64,000 nt of DNA from a virus. The position numbers were made by a program, and so were the translations under genes. Numbering within the stretch: position 1 is the stretch's first letter; each line of letters starts with the position of its first letter. A model generated the notes under the pieces. The model did not search any database. It had not been told where the DNA came from and was given only the letters and a program-made list of their open reading frames with translations. The DNA lies in the IMG/VR virus record IMGVR_UViG_3300028873_000014, positions 1 through 64,000 of that record. The stretch is one strand, 5' to 3'. Below, one piece after another: positions 16,901 through 28,300 of this stretch.

Positions 16901-19322
16901 AGTCCTCCAATGTCTGATGACCTTCTACCTTACTAGCTGTATCACCAGTTGGGAACAACACATTCTCATAACCTTTCTTAGCACTATCTTGTACTATAGA
17001 CTTAATAAAGAAAGGAATCCAGTTATCATCCTTAGTAAGTAATTGTAAGAATGAGTTTTTCTGTAACTTATTGTTCTCATACTCATTTGCCCTTCTCATT
17101 AATTCTTCCTTACTAATTTCATCTCCCTCATTAGATTTTAGAAAGTACTCTAAACCTTCTTCAAATGGGGAATTTGCAAGTAATCCTTTACTTTTATCTG
17201 ATGTGAACTTTTCATAAGCCTTATCAAATTCCTGTTTACTTATAGGTTTATTAGTTTTAAAAGGTTCCCCAGAGATATGTTGACCTTCATATATCTCATA
17301 TGTAGGATTATTATTTGTATCTTTTCCTTTTATATATCTTGTTCCATCAACAATAAAGTTATTTTTAATCTTCTGGAACAAATCACTCTGTACTTCAAGT
17401 ATTCTACGTGTTTTTACTTGTTCCTGCAATAAATCAGACAGATATCCAGTAGTACTAATAACCTTATTAGAATCTACTGTGTTTATAGTATTATCTATAT
17501 CTGACTTCCAGTCCTCGAATCCGTATGTAGAACCTCTTTTATCAAATCTCTTTTTAAACTCTTCTTTAGGAATTGTAATTACTTTGTCAAAATCCTGCAT
17601 TCTCTCTTTAAGAATATTGGTATTAGATACAAATAGTAATTTATTCTCTTTTCTCGCTTGCTGTTTGAGCCTGTCAAATAGATTAAGCATGAACTCATTA
17701 TACTCTTTAGGTTTAGCACCTTTATATTCCTGCCTTGTTCTAGAACCTCTATGCGTATCAATAAAGTTATTCACTTCATTAGCATAATCATCGTCAAGTG
17801 TTATAAATCTACTATCTCCTTTCTCTTTTAGGAAACTTTTACCAATAGTAGGGTGACCCCATATAATTCTATCACTAGGTTCTAGTACATTATGAATAGC
17901 AGATTCTGAGTCTATCCATTCTGCATTATCCTTCTTCCATCCTTTAACTACAGGATATTTATCATCACTTCTAAACCAGCCAATTCCGTTTTCCGTAGAG
18001 AACTGGGCATGACCCTTAATAGATGGTACTATACCTGGAGTAGCTATCTCATTCTCAGTATAGTTAGTACCTCCTGGAACGGTTAAATTAGAATAATGTT
18101 GTGTAGGCTTTGGTTTATCTAATCCTGTTTCTTCATACGCTTTTTGATAAGCTACTTTAGGTATTTTATTACCGTCTTTGAAGTATTCTTGAGTAACGCC
18201 ATCTTCTGCATAATAAGATCTATACCTTGAACCATTTACTTCAAATCCCCCGGAACCAGTTGATGATGAATCTCTTACTTGTTCTTTAGCAATATTAATC
18301 TCTACTGTATAAGAATACTTAGCAGCTAAACTTGTTGCTAAGTCATTTAATGATTTTGGTTTATCATTATTATATATATCTTTTATTAACTCTTTCTGTT
18401 CTTTAGGGAATTGGGCATTTTGCAGAAACTGATCTATAGTAATGTTTCCCTTTTGTAGTTTATTCCATTCTTGTTGTGCTTTAGGGGTTTGGAATATCTC
18501 AACTGATTTTAAAGTTGCATTTACTTCATTAGGTGCAAGAAAAGAGTTTTGATATTCATAACTTTTCTCATAATCTTGTCTTTCCCTTATCTGATTTTCG
18601 TAATGACTATCGGGAATATCAAAGGGTTGTTTCTGTAGTATCAGATCACTGGTATGTAGTGCTCGGTTTAATGGAGAGGTGTATAGTTCTGATATAGGTA
18701 TGGTACTTAGTTCTTTTCCTGCTGATATAGCTTGTTTAATCCCTTTATCTGTAAGATCAGTTAATGGTCCTCGCAAGTTACCCTTAGTGTTATCATCTGT
18801 CTCCCCATGACGCACTACATAGATATGCCCATTATCACTTTTAAACTTTTCTACATCCCCTGTATGGGTTTGTGATTCTGTATATTCTTTAGCATTAACT
18901 CTATAACTATCTGGTCTTCCTTCTTTTTCCCAGAGGTTAAGAAGTTTAAGTATTGAAGAGTGCGTAACTATTACTGTATTATCTGGTGCTGAGTGAAGTA
19001 GCTTATCAAACTTTGTAAGTACTCTATCCTGAAAACCATTAAAAGATTCGGCATTGTTTACAGGTATATCGGGGTGGTTAAGAATATGATCATCTATCAT
19101 TTTCTCATAATCAGGCTCATACTTACCTGCTATATCCCCGAAATCCATAGTAACAAAACTATCATCTACATGTACTGTACCAGGGTAAAGTTGTTCCAGT
19201 GCTTTACCTGGTTCCGGGAAAGTTTCTCCTGCTAATTTCCACGCACTATACGCACCATCTTCACCGAATAGTTTTTCGAGCAGTTTATACCTGTCATCAT
19301 TTTTCTGGGGGCAGTTTGCCAT
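10896..19322 (-). CDS. giant polyvalent virion cargo protein (permuted His-phosphatase, P-loop, protein kinase, zincin-like, PD-(D/E)XK nuclease, C-terminal hydrophobic region)
   Basis: RHGET/SPLNRA; GHPTIGKS; EGGEH..HNYFFPET.Y..DLYPRN..FIDP; EEAAH; AGSIDLL..DLKT..Q..Y; immediately downstream of the vRNAP gene. Confidence 0.85.
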   Translation of the reverse strand: MANCPQKNDDRYKLLEKLFGEDGAYSAWKLAGETFPEPGKALEQLYPGTVHVDDSFVTMDFGDIAGKYEPDYEKMIDDHILNHPDIPVNNAESFNGFQDRVLTKFDKLLHSAPDNTVIVTHSSILKLLNLWEKEGRPDSYRVNAKEYTESQTHTGDVEKFKSDNGHIYVVRHGETDDNTKGNLRGPLTDLTDKGIKQAISAGKELSTIPISELYTSPLNRALHTSDLILQKQPFDIPDSHYENQIRERQDYEKSYEYQNSFLAPNEVNATLKSVEIFQTPKAQQEWNKLQKGNITIDQFLQNAQFPKEQKELIKDIYNNDKPKSLNDLATSLAAKYSYTVEINIAKEQVRDSSSTGSGGFEVNGSRYRSYYAEDGVTQEYFKDGNKIPKVAYQKAYEETGLDKPKPTQHYSNLTVPGGTNYTENEIATPGIVPSIKGHAQFSTENGIGWFRSDDKYPVVKGWKKDNAEWIDSESAIHNVLEPSDRIIWGHPTIGKSFLKEKGDSRFITLDDDYANEVNNFIDTHRGSRTRQEYKGAKPKEYNEFMLNLFDRLKQQARKENKLLFVSNTNILKERMQDFDKVITIPKEEFKKRFDKRGSTYGFEDWKSDIDNTINTVDSNKVISTTGYLSDLLQEQVKTRRILEVQSDLFQKIKNNFIVDGTRYIKGKDTNNNPTYEIYEGQHISGEPFKTNKPISKQEFDKAYEKFTSDKSKGLLANSPFEEGLEYFLKSNEGDEISKEELMRRANEYENNKLQKNSFLQLLTKDDNWIPFFIKSIVQDSAKKGYENVLFPTGDTASKVEGHQTLEDFKKQKEDRIKSLDSDLFTLNKQLEKGFIKTNTGTYRRDENINNSSYYFTSSSRGTQRAATKEEFDKAYKHNIELKEIEKQQLQEELKRVETEGFAALKPIYDFYENRVKNTLDKTYGKNNVQRIKDEHGNEWYQLKTNPARDKSTIYFQQKTNKTIKHDIQAIFDPAIPSGRKEEFIKSAISYFKGGERARYESQGTGQDLETLWKQIQDGNYELKEDMNPAMELAEGGEHTIYISNDGKSVTKVKHDFHPAEIDMYLKGLIVHNYFFPETGYDLLGFKRTDSSITPVLKQDFIKTDSLFNQESIDNVLSDYGFESKEDGEYENKELRITIDDLYPRNVFFKDNVPYFIDPIINISNAFYKDLERNNYLQIDKNTQNELKNSISGTSRKTKGDTIQTATDYFRRSPITSQTTERRISEEKEITRKITAFINSLGGRIRNVSQIIVDGKVVNAVAVSDVINRTVDVVTGKADATTLPEEAAHIYVQWLPENSLLLRDMMKNIEDKPIYDKTFEEYKDNPYYQNSDGTPDEEKIKKEAIGKLIGETIVGRTSNATGKKWWARLWEWVKNLFAGKERLDSYSEAAKDITEGNLSKLDLAAMKEANSRGEIYFQLSPEDKEFVEKMKEQANDIQKKAIDDLYLNPINRVTLNPENHEYKDTKGNTYLSVTTAIKGRFEDDVYRLNRDWGNDFDGILQGIILGKKAQDIPTIAIPEKVKADAYNTLQKIYNDIKEDGSVVLTQVIVSDPVSKVAGSIDLLKITKDGTLKVYDLKTSKNSVYDSNYTTAGHEPNEGSRLSGKLTTRQQQGIQVATYSRLLEKMGHMKLEDPETYHLRMDIHEGNLSGFTQEDFVKHSLDSNQVFVDKILGPQDPLATGNILPPPDSEATGGFDYKAEGEAAADSTIILDKALKKMWEVLSTRTSTLPSTAQPTTYKQLAFVAKTIENLTSIGKKTEALNAVLNHIRDTVDQYSRFINNKNWFSKDEFYPYLKECILIANSDLVILPEHLRDILDDAHKLKFDNVRRQINNLNIDANIKASEFVKEKGGNLNPFVNKEQLQKIIWQDITDTSYVARMFNAPTQISDELVQHIGIVIKHAEMLGDLEAHQAITNELAPLGHDFEKALGRKVDPKKDWQFMYSADGKRLLRPIGDHYRAVRDKLEDAVKDPITGKPIQYREVITKDGASPQDLEFNNELYYKKEPLRKFRQAEDEDGKDGLYHHLSDEYKAAEDKVMHMVPVEGYDGSVLFYRKELREGLTEESPSVITFRNRYQTWTEYWSMDKDPKTKEPIGTITKKNGHFPNKEHIKINDFAGETDLRDPRHVKLHNPVTDLEKAQLAVYTGYVKHFVAASHDMGEKGERDIEEGNLLAYSNKLFKSASESGLLPFLTQNVIEPFTRVPGSTEKINESGLTRMELSKPILNNFRNEQKVADIKAKINELNSNFTAKQLKDTDGSPLPKFKYLEQKKALVQQLAEENRKTSVEDMERDPIKQLIAYVGISKVYKNKAAIEGQILALKDAAAGKILSDPDNDDSGRHYLKTNIAGKVITDTSGTPVRLNPNDTNTVKRLEHMVRTALYGQSIDQGKLGALIKKLQEITSLGVMGNPFNNLNNMALYQTLNARVTIVSRYYPGKYYAIAGKEFLTDYLAGIGKKFISQKDTYLDKRPGSFMEAVMHHYGIGNEERMQLQGKKGHSWLDIAYSGEGLAITFAQFPLLSGLLRSEQVHNSITGEDVNAWDGAHVWDPTTGKVTLKEGINQVDINKIILKGKGIQTITQGNFEKVDQPEVVENLFGQMLMQFHRHFPTTMTDRIGSRYNNLMLGETEGSWRTVLSYINLVREFDGHWTDSMKGGWNNLKDYQKKNLYLCAMDLMMGMTLLAVAAVIREWAKDLGEESSTEKRWLNFFAYTTSRIRFENQMYTPGLGFVTLAEYIQNPIAMSTTLKSFAQALYLTAEWPFQDDDDRDYKNGPFAGSSKAGRATENAVPGLKAFKKWQDFDRESDYGGSILGINK
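15590..15772 (-). CDS. nested +1-frame ORF (60 aa), putative overprinted peptide B
   Basis: ATG with A-rich leader; helical sequence sharing L..Q...TL.EA..Q with 16256..16429. Confidence 0.5.
   Translation of the reverse strand: MNSKTPFQELAEKQREILSKQQPTTLEEARSQVKRLKEESQKRKKLLEKLPPLSTLLGEE
16256..16429 (-). CDS. nested +1-frame ORF (57 aa), putative overprinted peptide A
   Basis: Translated manually: MTYKPSSIQQYHQDAKRNLLNQPSVTLKEAKEQDMKAKERDKIWKRSGNKSKMEITN; A-rich leader. Confidence 0.5.
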   Translation of the reverse strand: MTYKPSSIQQYHQDAKRNLLNQPSVTLKEAKEQDMKAKERDKIWKRSGNKSKMEITN

Positions 19323-19324
19323 AA

Positions 19325-22300
19325 CTATATACAGTCTTTTATACCTTGTAAAATCTCGTAATCAGATACTTTTCCTTGTAACCTGCGATATACACCTCTT
19401 GCTTTTTCAAGAAACTGCTCTTTATCTACCCCCTTACCCTTCTGTTCATAAACTTTATCTATTTCACTTTTCCAATCTATAGGGGCAATATCTTCACTAT
19501 ATTCATCCATGTAGTTTTCTTGTGCTAATTGACCTAACCCCGAGAGAGCAGAAGATACAACACTTCCTTTATCATCATATCTGGTCACATTACCATGTTT
19601 ATCTGTAGCTGTAAAGATACTATTATCTGTGGTAGCTTGTTCGTGTTCCGGAACTTTTGTAGTAATAGTCTCTGCAATTTCTTTCTGTCCCGGGGCATTA
19701 TCTGCGTATGGGGGGTTAGTAATTTTCTTTGTCCCCGGTAGCGCAACTGCATCTGGTAATGGTCCTAGTATTCCAGCAGCTTTCCACTGTCCTCTACTAC
19801 CTTTAGGGGTAATCTTCTCATAAACAGCGGTTACTCCTTTTGGTATGGTTTCCCCTTTAGCAATTAGTGACAGAGGTTCTCCTTTACCTTCTTCTTTACC
19901 TACACTCCGAAGTTGATAAGTACTACCATTCACCTTAACCGAGTAAGGAAACTCTATCTCTGTTTTCTTACCAGCAGTAGTTGTGTTAAAACCTGATGCC
20001 TCTATAGAACCAATATTCTTGGTCATTAGTGCCTTTTCTGTAGCATCGTACTTACCTGTTTTCTTAAACCCTTCTATGGCTATACCTTGAGTGTTAATAG
20101 CTTTTTCCTTAGTGCGAATAGCATTAAAGATATCTACTGACATAGTGCCCCCCGATAGCTGAACAGGTGAGGTAATTGCTTTTTTAACACGGTCTATATC
20201 AACTTTCTCCCCTCTATCATTAGTAGCTTCGGGTACATATCCAGAAACTTTAGGTATTATAGTCTTTAGGAAAAAGGTATTTCCGGTATGAGTAGCATAA
20301 CTAACCATAATATCATTCATCACTTTTTCAAGACTATCGCCAAAAACATCTTCTCCTTTCTTTTCGTCATAGTGAGTAGCAGAAAGTAATTTATTAACTT
20401 CAGTAACCCTATCGGAGAAATCTTTAAAAGCAAATGTCGGTAAGAACTTAATGAATGAACCACTTTTGAACTGACCCCCATCTTTAACTAAGAGATAGTT
20501 AAATAATGCAGTTGCATCATTACGTGTCTTGGGGGAGTTGTAAAGAATAGTAAAACTATCTACTAACCTCTGTTGTTGTTGTTCTGATAACTTTGCCCAG
20601 GTATTACTTTCAGCCTTGTTGATCTTATCTCTATTAGTCTTTTCCCCGGCAGCAACTAATCTTAGGAACTTGGAGATAAGGTAATTCCTGTTCTTTCCGG
20701 TAAGTGTGTCTCGTAATCTGTTAACAATATCTACGATACCTTCTTTACCAGGAGTATCATAAATCATACTATGGTCCAGGGTAGATAATGTACCTATTTG
20801 TCCAGTCTTCTGTAGCCAATTGATATATGCCTTAACTGCTAATGCCGATATTACATCACCCTTTAACGTCTTATTAAACTCTTCCTGCTGGTTCCTTCTT
20901 ACATCAAAGTTATTACCAACTATACTCATTATCTTTTTAAAACCATCTGTCTTTTCCAGGAAGATAGCTTTAGATAATTCGTTGATCTGTGTAACCATCT
21001 TAACATAGTTTCCATAAACAGGACTATGATCTTCTTTTGGAGAAGTAGTATCATCTGCTAATATCTGCCGGATATCTATAGGTATATCCATTTTAGCAAA
21101 TGCCTTATCACTAATCTGTTCACCATTAACTATACCTAAACTACGAAGAGGGTCTATGATATCACTTTCTGCATCTTCCCATGAAGGGGGTAACCCCTGG
21201 TTAAGTTTAATAACCTTGGAAATATTAGCCATTGTATCGGCATTCTTTTTAACCGAAAGAAGATCACGTACAGCAGCAAGTTCTAAAGTAGCATCTTTGC
21301 CATTATCTATAATGTTCTGTACTAACATATCCTTAGTCAAGGTAGGTAGTTCAGCACTTTCCTTACCTGGGTTTTGAGTAACTGCCTCTTTTAGTAACTT
21401 TTCGTACGCTTTTTCTAAAAGACCTGTCTTAGACATTCTTTGTTCAGCAGGAGTTTTGAGTACCCCCGAAAGGTTAGAAAGTTCTTTAAAGTACTTACGG
21501 ATAGCTGGTTGGAACATATATAAAGCCGCAATATCCTCGTTCATGCCCAAAGAAACCATAGTAGATACATACCCCACAGCCTCGATATTCCATCCAAGTT
21601 TTGCAGCTAACCGTAATTTAGCATTATCGGTCATGGTGTTAACTATAGCACTAAGAATTGAGAACTTTCTTTTACCATTTTCTGTAAAGTGGTTACTAAA
21701 ATCGTTGTACATTTTACCATCAAAAGTTATTCCTTCCGATGTCTTTTTCTCATACTGATTAAGTAGTGAATATACCAACATAGAATTTACAGCAGCACCG
21801 ATATTACGCTGTCCTTCCATATTATCTACAAAGGCTTTCTTTTTACCAGTAAGCGTATTTATCTCTGTATCGGGGTCTTTAAGCATATCCAGTACTATAT
21901 CCGCACCTTTTTCCCCGGTATGGGGATTGAGCAGGTCCTTAATCGTACTGGTAATATCTTCTACTATCTTAGTATCAGTAGGTTGGTTGATAATAGCATC
22001 TTTACCACCACCGGATATATCCTTATTGTTTAATAAAGCAATACGGGCAGCAAGGGTAATATTGTTAAGTACTCCATTATTCAATCGGTCTCCCCCCGAT
22101 GCAACAAACTGTTCTATGGTACTTGGCATCTTTAGTTCCTGCAAACAAGTCTTGTATAACAAGTCATTATTAGATAACTTGAACATATCTGCAATATCTT
22201 CATCAGATACAGGGCCATCATTAAGGTCCATAGTTATCTCATCTGTATCAGGGTTATACAGACCTCGTAATTCGCGTAACTTTCTTTTAAAGTTCTTGTT

Positions 22301-25300
22301 GTTATCTATCTGCCATTTTATATACTCATCGAACTTATCCTTATCTGTAGTAGCAGTTCCATAAGCTACCCGTGTACCATCTTTTCTGTATGTATCAGCA
22401 ATAGTATTGTAACCTTTATCTATATCAAAGTCAGCACCAGATATTTCTGTAAGTTCTGCAGGGTGAATACCTATAGAACCATAATACGCAGGTAAGATAT
22501 CTACCGTTGTAGTAGTAAGGTTAGAGTGTTTATCGTCCAGGGGAATACGTGTGATAAAACTATCTTTAAGTGCTGGTATAACAGTACCATTTGCCTCTTC
22601 TTTAAAATGTGCAGGACGTATCTGTTCTGAGAAAAATCCTAAAGAGTTACCTTGTTCATCAAATCGTTCAAAGTTATGACGAAGATCATCCAGGAAATAA
22701 ACAACTTCTTTAGTAGGATCAGGTAAACCTGCAAATGTTCTGGCTTCTTTATTATCCCACTTGTGATAGTTACTATACTTTTGGGGGTTATCTTTATACT
22801 CTCTATCAGTAATAACTGTCCATCTTTTTGGCTGACCAAGATCATTAAGTTCGTGTACCTGTTTAATCCTCTTAACACCATAGTCACTTGTCAAAGTAAG
22901 AGGTATACCTGGTACTTTTTCAGACATTACCCCTTTAGAGAAATAAGATAAGTACATCTGGGTAAACTTTTCTCTGGTTGCTGGTAAGTTAGGATCATAT
23001 ATATTCTCTCCATCTCTTGTTTCTGTAAAGCCTAAAGTTTGTACATCAGACCCTGTAGCACGTAAAGTATCCCGCATTCCATCAAAGAAGTTACCAAGAG
23101 TAGCTTTAACATGTTCTGCAGAGATATCTGAGTTAAGTTTTATCCCTCCGCTATGATCAAATAACTCATTAGCAGCAGATACATAATTATTCATTAACCT
23201 ATCTGCTACTCCTGATAGATACATCTCTCTCATCCTACCTACAGTAAATGGTTTACCATCTGTATCATGTGCTACTCCCATGAAAGATATAGGAGTATCA
23301 TCGTTCTGTTCAGCAAGTAACTGACCCCTTAACTGAGTAGGGTCAGTTATTACCAGCTTGTTAGAAGGATTCTCTGACTGTAAGCGCATGTACTGTGCCT
23401 GTTTCTGATTAAAGTACTTGCTATCTATGTCCTTGACCCCAGGGGCCATAGGTTCCTTCATAGCCTTACTTGCTGTTGGGGGGTGCGCAAAAGTTATAGT
23501 AGGTGTACCTGCAGTATCCATATCTTCTTCAAACTTTTCTAAAGACTCCCGAAGATGGTGCAGTTCTTCCATATATGGAAGAGGTTCCCACTTACCATTG
23601 ATCTTAATAGAAGTGTAATCCTTAAATAATGGAAAGGAAGAGCACTTGAGATAAGTCTGCCCATCAAAGTACACATTTTTCAATGAGTTAAACGCATCTA
23701 CTTTCCTGTTTAGTCCGCCAGCATCTATGAAAGCCTTTTCTGCTACAGGGGAACCTTTCTTAATCAGATCAAGAATATCCGCCTGTGCTTTAGTTAACTT
23801 ACAGAAACCAAATAGCATGTATCGAAGAGCTTTCTCTGTCATATACATCTGAGCATCTGCCTTATCCCCCTGTGTACCATCGAACTTAGTAAACTTTGGT
23901 TCAGGTATCATTACATGATGAAAAGTAGTAAGAGGATGAGTAATACCTAGTTCCGGGGCAATTACAGAAAACTCCACAGATCTACCTGTAGCATTAGCTC
24001 CTTTTAATCTTTTCGTCCAGTCAACAGCACCTTTAAATGACTTTGCTTCATCACCATAAAGTAACTGCACCATACCTGCGGTATTCAGGTAATCATTCAT
24101 AAATACCTGGGAGATATTATGCAGAAAGTTATCTTTTTCAAGATTCATCTTCTCGTTACGTTCCTTACTGGAAAAACCTGTAAAGAGAAAACCCGGAAGT
24201 AACTTGTTCTCTATTTTATCACCTTTCTTTTCTATCAATCCTTCATCTGCAAGTTGTTGTATAAACTCATCTCTCTGTTTTCCCCAATAGGTACGAAGTT
24301 GTCTTTCTATCTCATACCTTTTCAGGGGAGCAGGTTCTTCTCCTTGTGCGCCTTTTTCTATATCATCTGCAAGATCACCTAACATCTTAGCAGTCCGGTA
24401 AAGTTTTAAACCTCTCTTCTCTCCTGTATGATACCCCAGGAGGATCTTAGTATCTGGTTCTCTACCCTCTTCCTGTGCCTTTTCTATCTCGGCAATCTCT
24501 TTAGTAACACGGGCTATTCTATCTACTTCATTAGTTACCTGGTTGTATAAGATATCTATAGCATCTTTAGATAACTTTGGTTTACCAGTAGTCTTATCTG
24601 AAAAAACTGCATGTACTACAGGTGCCCGGAACATATGGGCAGTACTATTAGTCTCCATCACCCCTATGATGTGAGGAGTAGCATAAAAATGACCACCGTC
24701 AGTTGTTTGTATTCTTGCCCCTTCTTCTATGCCATAATTAGATAAAGCAGTTGTATATAGCTCTCTACCATTGTAGTCACCAAAAGAAGAACCTTTTTCT
24801 CTGTTAACCTCTAAGTTCTTGGTAGCAAATAACTCTTTCTCTCCTTCAGGTGTTTCCACATCCCCTGTACTATGTAATACCTGGCGTAAACCATCTATGG
24901 TCTCTACCCGTAACTTACCCTGGTCAGACATAGCAATAAACTGATCGGAAGAGAGCAGATGACTACTTTGTGTATCGGGGTTATTACTAAGTTCTATAAT
25001 CTTTTCAGGGTTATTTAATGAGAGTAATGCTGTCATATGATAGTTACCTTCCTGGTAACCGAACCTTTTTTCACCATCTGCTCCGATGTAAGACATGGTA
25101 TTTACAGTTTCATCAAAGTTACTATTACCTGCAAAAGTTCTCATTAACCTTGCAGCAGCACCTTGTGATTTTTCTTCTTCTCCTTCATTACTGGCAAAGA
25201 TGTTTTCCCCCTTGAGCATAGAACTTTCTATACCATATAGTTCATCATAACTTAAAGGAGGTACTCCACGATTAGCATTAACTGATTTCTGCTGTTTCTT

Positions 25301-28300
25301 TGTTCTTACCCCGGCATCTTTTCCTAGTGATATAGAATAAGTGATATAGTCAGGATGATAAGAAATACCAAGATTAGCTTTCATCCTATTACTAGTATCT
25401 ATGGATAACTTTTCAAGATCATCATCTGATATAGCTACAGAAGTTTTGTCCTTATTCGATATCTGATTTTGCAAATCGTGTATTGGGGAAAGTTGTTTAA
25501 TGATAAACTCTTTCTTTGCCTTTCTGTTATCTGCAAACTTTTCCAGGGCACTTAGATATATAGCAGCGTGTGATTGAGCAGATTGTTCAAACTGGGTTTT
25601 AGCACTATCTCTACGATTAGCACCAAATACACGTACAGTACCCTTAGTAGGATCAATTTCTGTAAATAGAGGATTTGTGGTAAACTGTTTAAACCCTTTA
25701 ACTACCTGGTTAAACAACAATCCATTTTTGGTAATAGACCAAACCTTAGTAGTGGCATTTCGTTCAAACCCTGTTTCAATAAATACTCTATCTATGAATG
25801 CAGCACTGTCCGGGTTATTACTATCCCTGATCTGTTCCATTTTGGTAATAACATCTTCTTCGGTAATACTATTAGCTATCCCCTTAAGCAGACCATTGTA
25901 TACACGTACAGCACTTACCCCCTGGACCAATGGAGTACCGTCCAGGAATTGCTTATTACCAAATTCATCTGTATAGGGGATAGTTGTTGAACCTATATAC
26001 TCCCGTAAAGACTTGGAAAGTGAGTCATATCCTCCAACACTATCTGCAGCTTTATCAAAACCTTTAAACTCTTTACCATGTTCTGCTTCCAGTTCTTCCT
26101 GATAATCTTCTTCCAACTTCTGTTTATACCCCATGATCTGCAGGTGAGTATCAACAGATTCTTTAATGGACTGTCTGATAGCAGGATTAGAAAAAATCTG
26201 GTGTTTATCCCGCAACTTAGTTAACCATTCTACTCTTGCAGCAGGGTTAGAAATACCATTTGCTCTTTCTATATACTTATCCCGCCGGGGGTTTAATAGA
26301 TCACGGTACTTATCTAAGATATTATCCAGTACTTTATTCTTATCATGTGGACCTTTACCGTTAACTTCTTGATGATATAATGCTGCTACAGTAGAAGATA
26401 ACTGATCTCCTTCCATCTGGTTCATGTTCCGGGGAATGTCAAAGGTCTTTCCGTTACCATCAGTTATCTGCTGTTTACCAAGTTCTATAACCTTCATAGC
26501 AGGGTCAGTTATAGAAAACTCACTATCCCTGGTAAAGTCATTATCCTGCAAACCTCTCTTTTTGTATGCCCCTCTATCTATATCAGTAAATATAGATTCG
26601 AGTTTTGACCCTGTAAGCTGGGAAAAGACATTCTTTATCCAATCCCATATACGAGCGAAGAATCCTTTAATTACGGGATCGGTCTTGACATTTTTATCAG
26701 TTTTCCACTGGTCAAACCTATCACCTAAATACTCTTCATAAAATAACTTAGTAAGGGCATCGTGAGAAAGGTTTTGGTAACTTGGGTGAAGTGCTTTAAA
26801 AGTTTCTAGTCGTGAAGAAGTGGCAAGTCTTTCTTTTTTAGCAAGAGATAATAAGTGGTCACGTTCTTCCTGTGTAGAAAGTAACCGGAAAATGGCATGA
26901 ATTGCTTCATGGTACTTACTTGGAGCATTTTCATAGGTCTTAATAGTACCAGTAACTTTACCAAGAGTATTCAGATGCGTAACAAACTCCCCCACTACAG
27001 TATTAGTAGCTACAAGATTCTCTTTAAGTATACCTAAGTTCTGAACAGTTACCAGACCTTCAGGGAAAATATCTCTGCAATACTGTATGAAATTATCTAT
27101 GTTCTCTATAGCATGTTCATCAAAAGGTTGCCCTTTACTGACTACTTTCATGGCACCTGCCTGTTTATCTAATAGGTCAAGTATTGCCATAGGATCTCCC
27201 CCTGAAGCAGCAGCTATCTCTTCAGGAGACATAGAAGTGAAAGTGAACCCGGGTATATCACTTTTGCCCATAGCAGCACCTTCTGTAATATTTACAGCAG
27301 GAACTACTTCTATAGGAATAGTACTATCTACAGGTTGATAACTTAGATAATAACCTTTGGTAATATTTGTAGATACAGTACTTTGCATACCCATTATCTC
27401 ATCTTTGGTAGGAGCAGTACCAATACTCCGTGACAAGTTCTCTGGTTTAATAGATACTCTCTGAAACTTACCATCTTTCCACACACCAGGGAATTTTGTA
27501 GCACCAAGTTTTGATAGTTTATAGTTAACCTCTTTTTCTATCCTGGCTACCATTTCTTCCCCATTACCAAACTGCATAGGAGTATTCTCATTACCCTTTC
27601 CTGAGTTTATAGAAATATTTGCCCGGTCTGTGGTATTAGTATCATAAACATTTACAGAAAGATCGCCCTTATCGCTGAGTTTAATTTTTATCTGAAGATT
27701 AGTACTGGCTGGTTGTTTAACGAATAAGGAAGAAAGTAAGTCACTTGCCTGTTTAGCAAGTTTTGGGTCTTTACCTTCAGTAGTACTTTTTATCTGTGAG
27801 GCAATTCCTTTATCACCAAAGATAGTATTGGTTAGTGTATCTATAGTCTCTTTAGTAACAGAACCTGCCTCTAAACCTATTTTATGTACATCACCATTAA
27901 CCATCTTTACAGAAGCAGTGTATCTACTCTGTGAAGCAGTGTTACCTGTAGTAACTATACCAGCAGAATTTCCATATACATCTTTACCAGTTTCATTATC
28001 TACTACAGCAAGTATTTTCTTACCAGTAGCTTCTATAGCCTGTACAGTAGGACGTAGGGCTTTCTTATCATCATTAAGATAATCATAACCATTAAACAGA
28101 GTAGAGATGGTCATAACTTTCTCTAGTTCTGCCCCCGAGAGTGAAATGGTATCTCCTTTCTTAGGTACTAAGTTATTTAAAGCCTGTTGTAAGGTCTGTG
28201 ACTTTTTATACTCATCCTGAAAAGTACGTAAAGCAGTTTCAGCAGTCTCGTTTGCTTTAACATGATATACCTTCTCAAACTGTTGTGGGGTAAGATCAGG

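Noticed and set aside
17579-17761. Third +1-frame ORF nested in the 2808-aa gene
   Set aside because: Non-ATG start, no shared TL.EA motif, and it lies mid-domain rather than in a linker.
19322-19327. Read-through fusion of the vRNAP with the 2808-aa protein
   Set aside because: The two ORFs are out of frame (2-nt gap) and no slippery sequence is evident.
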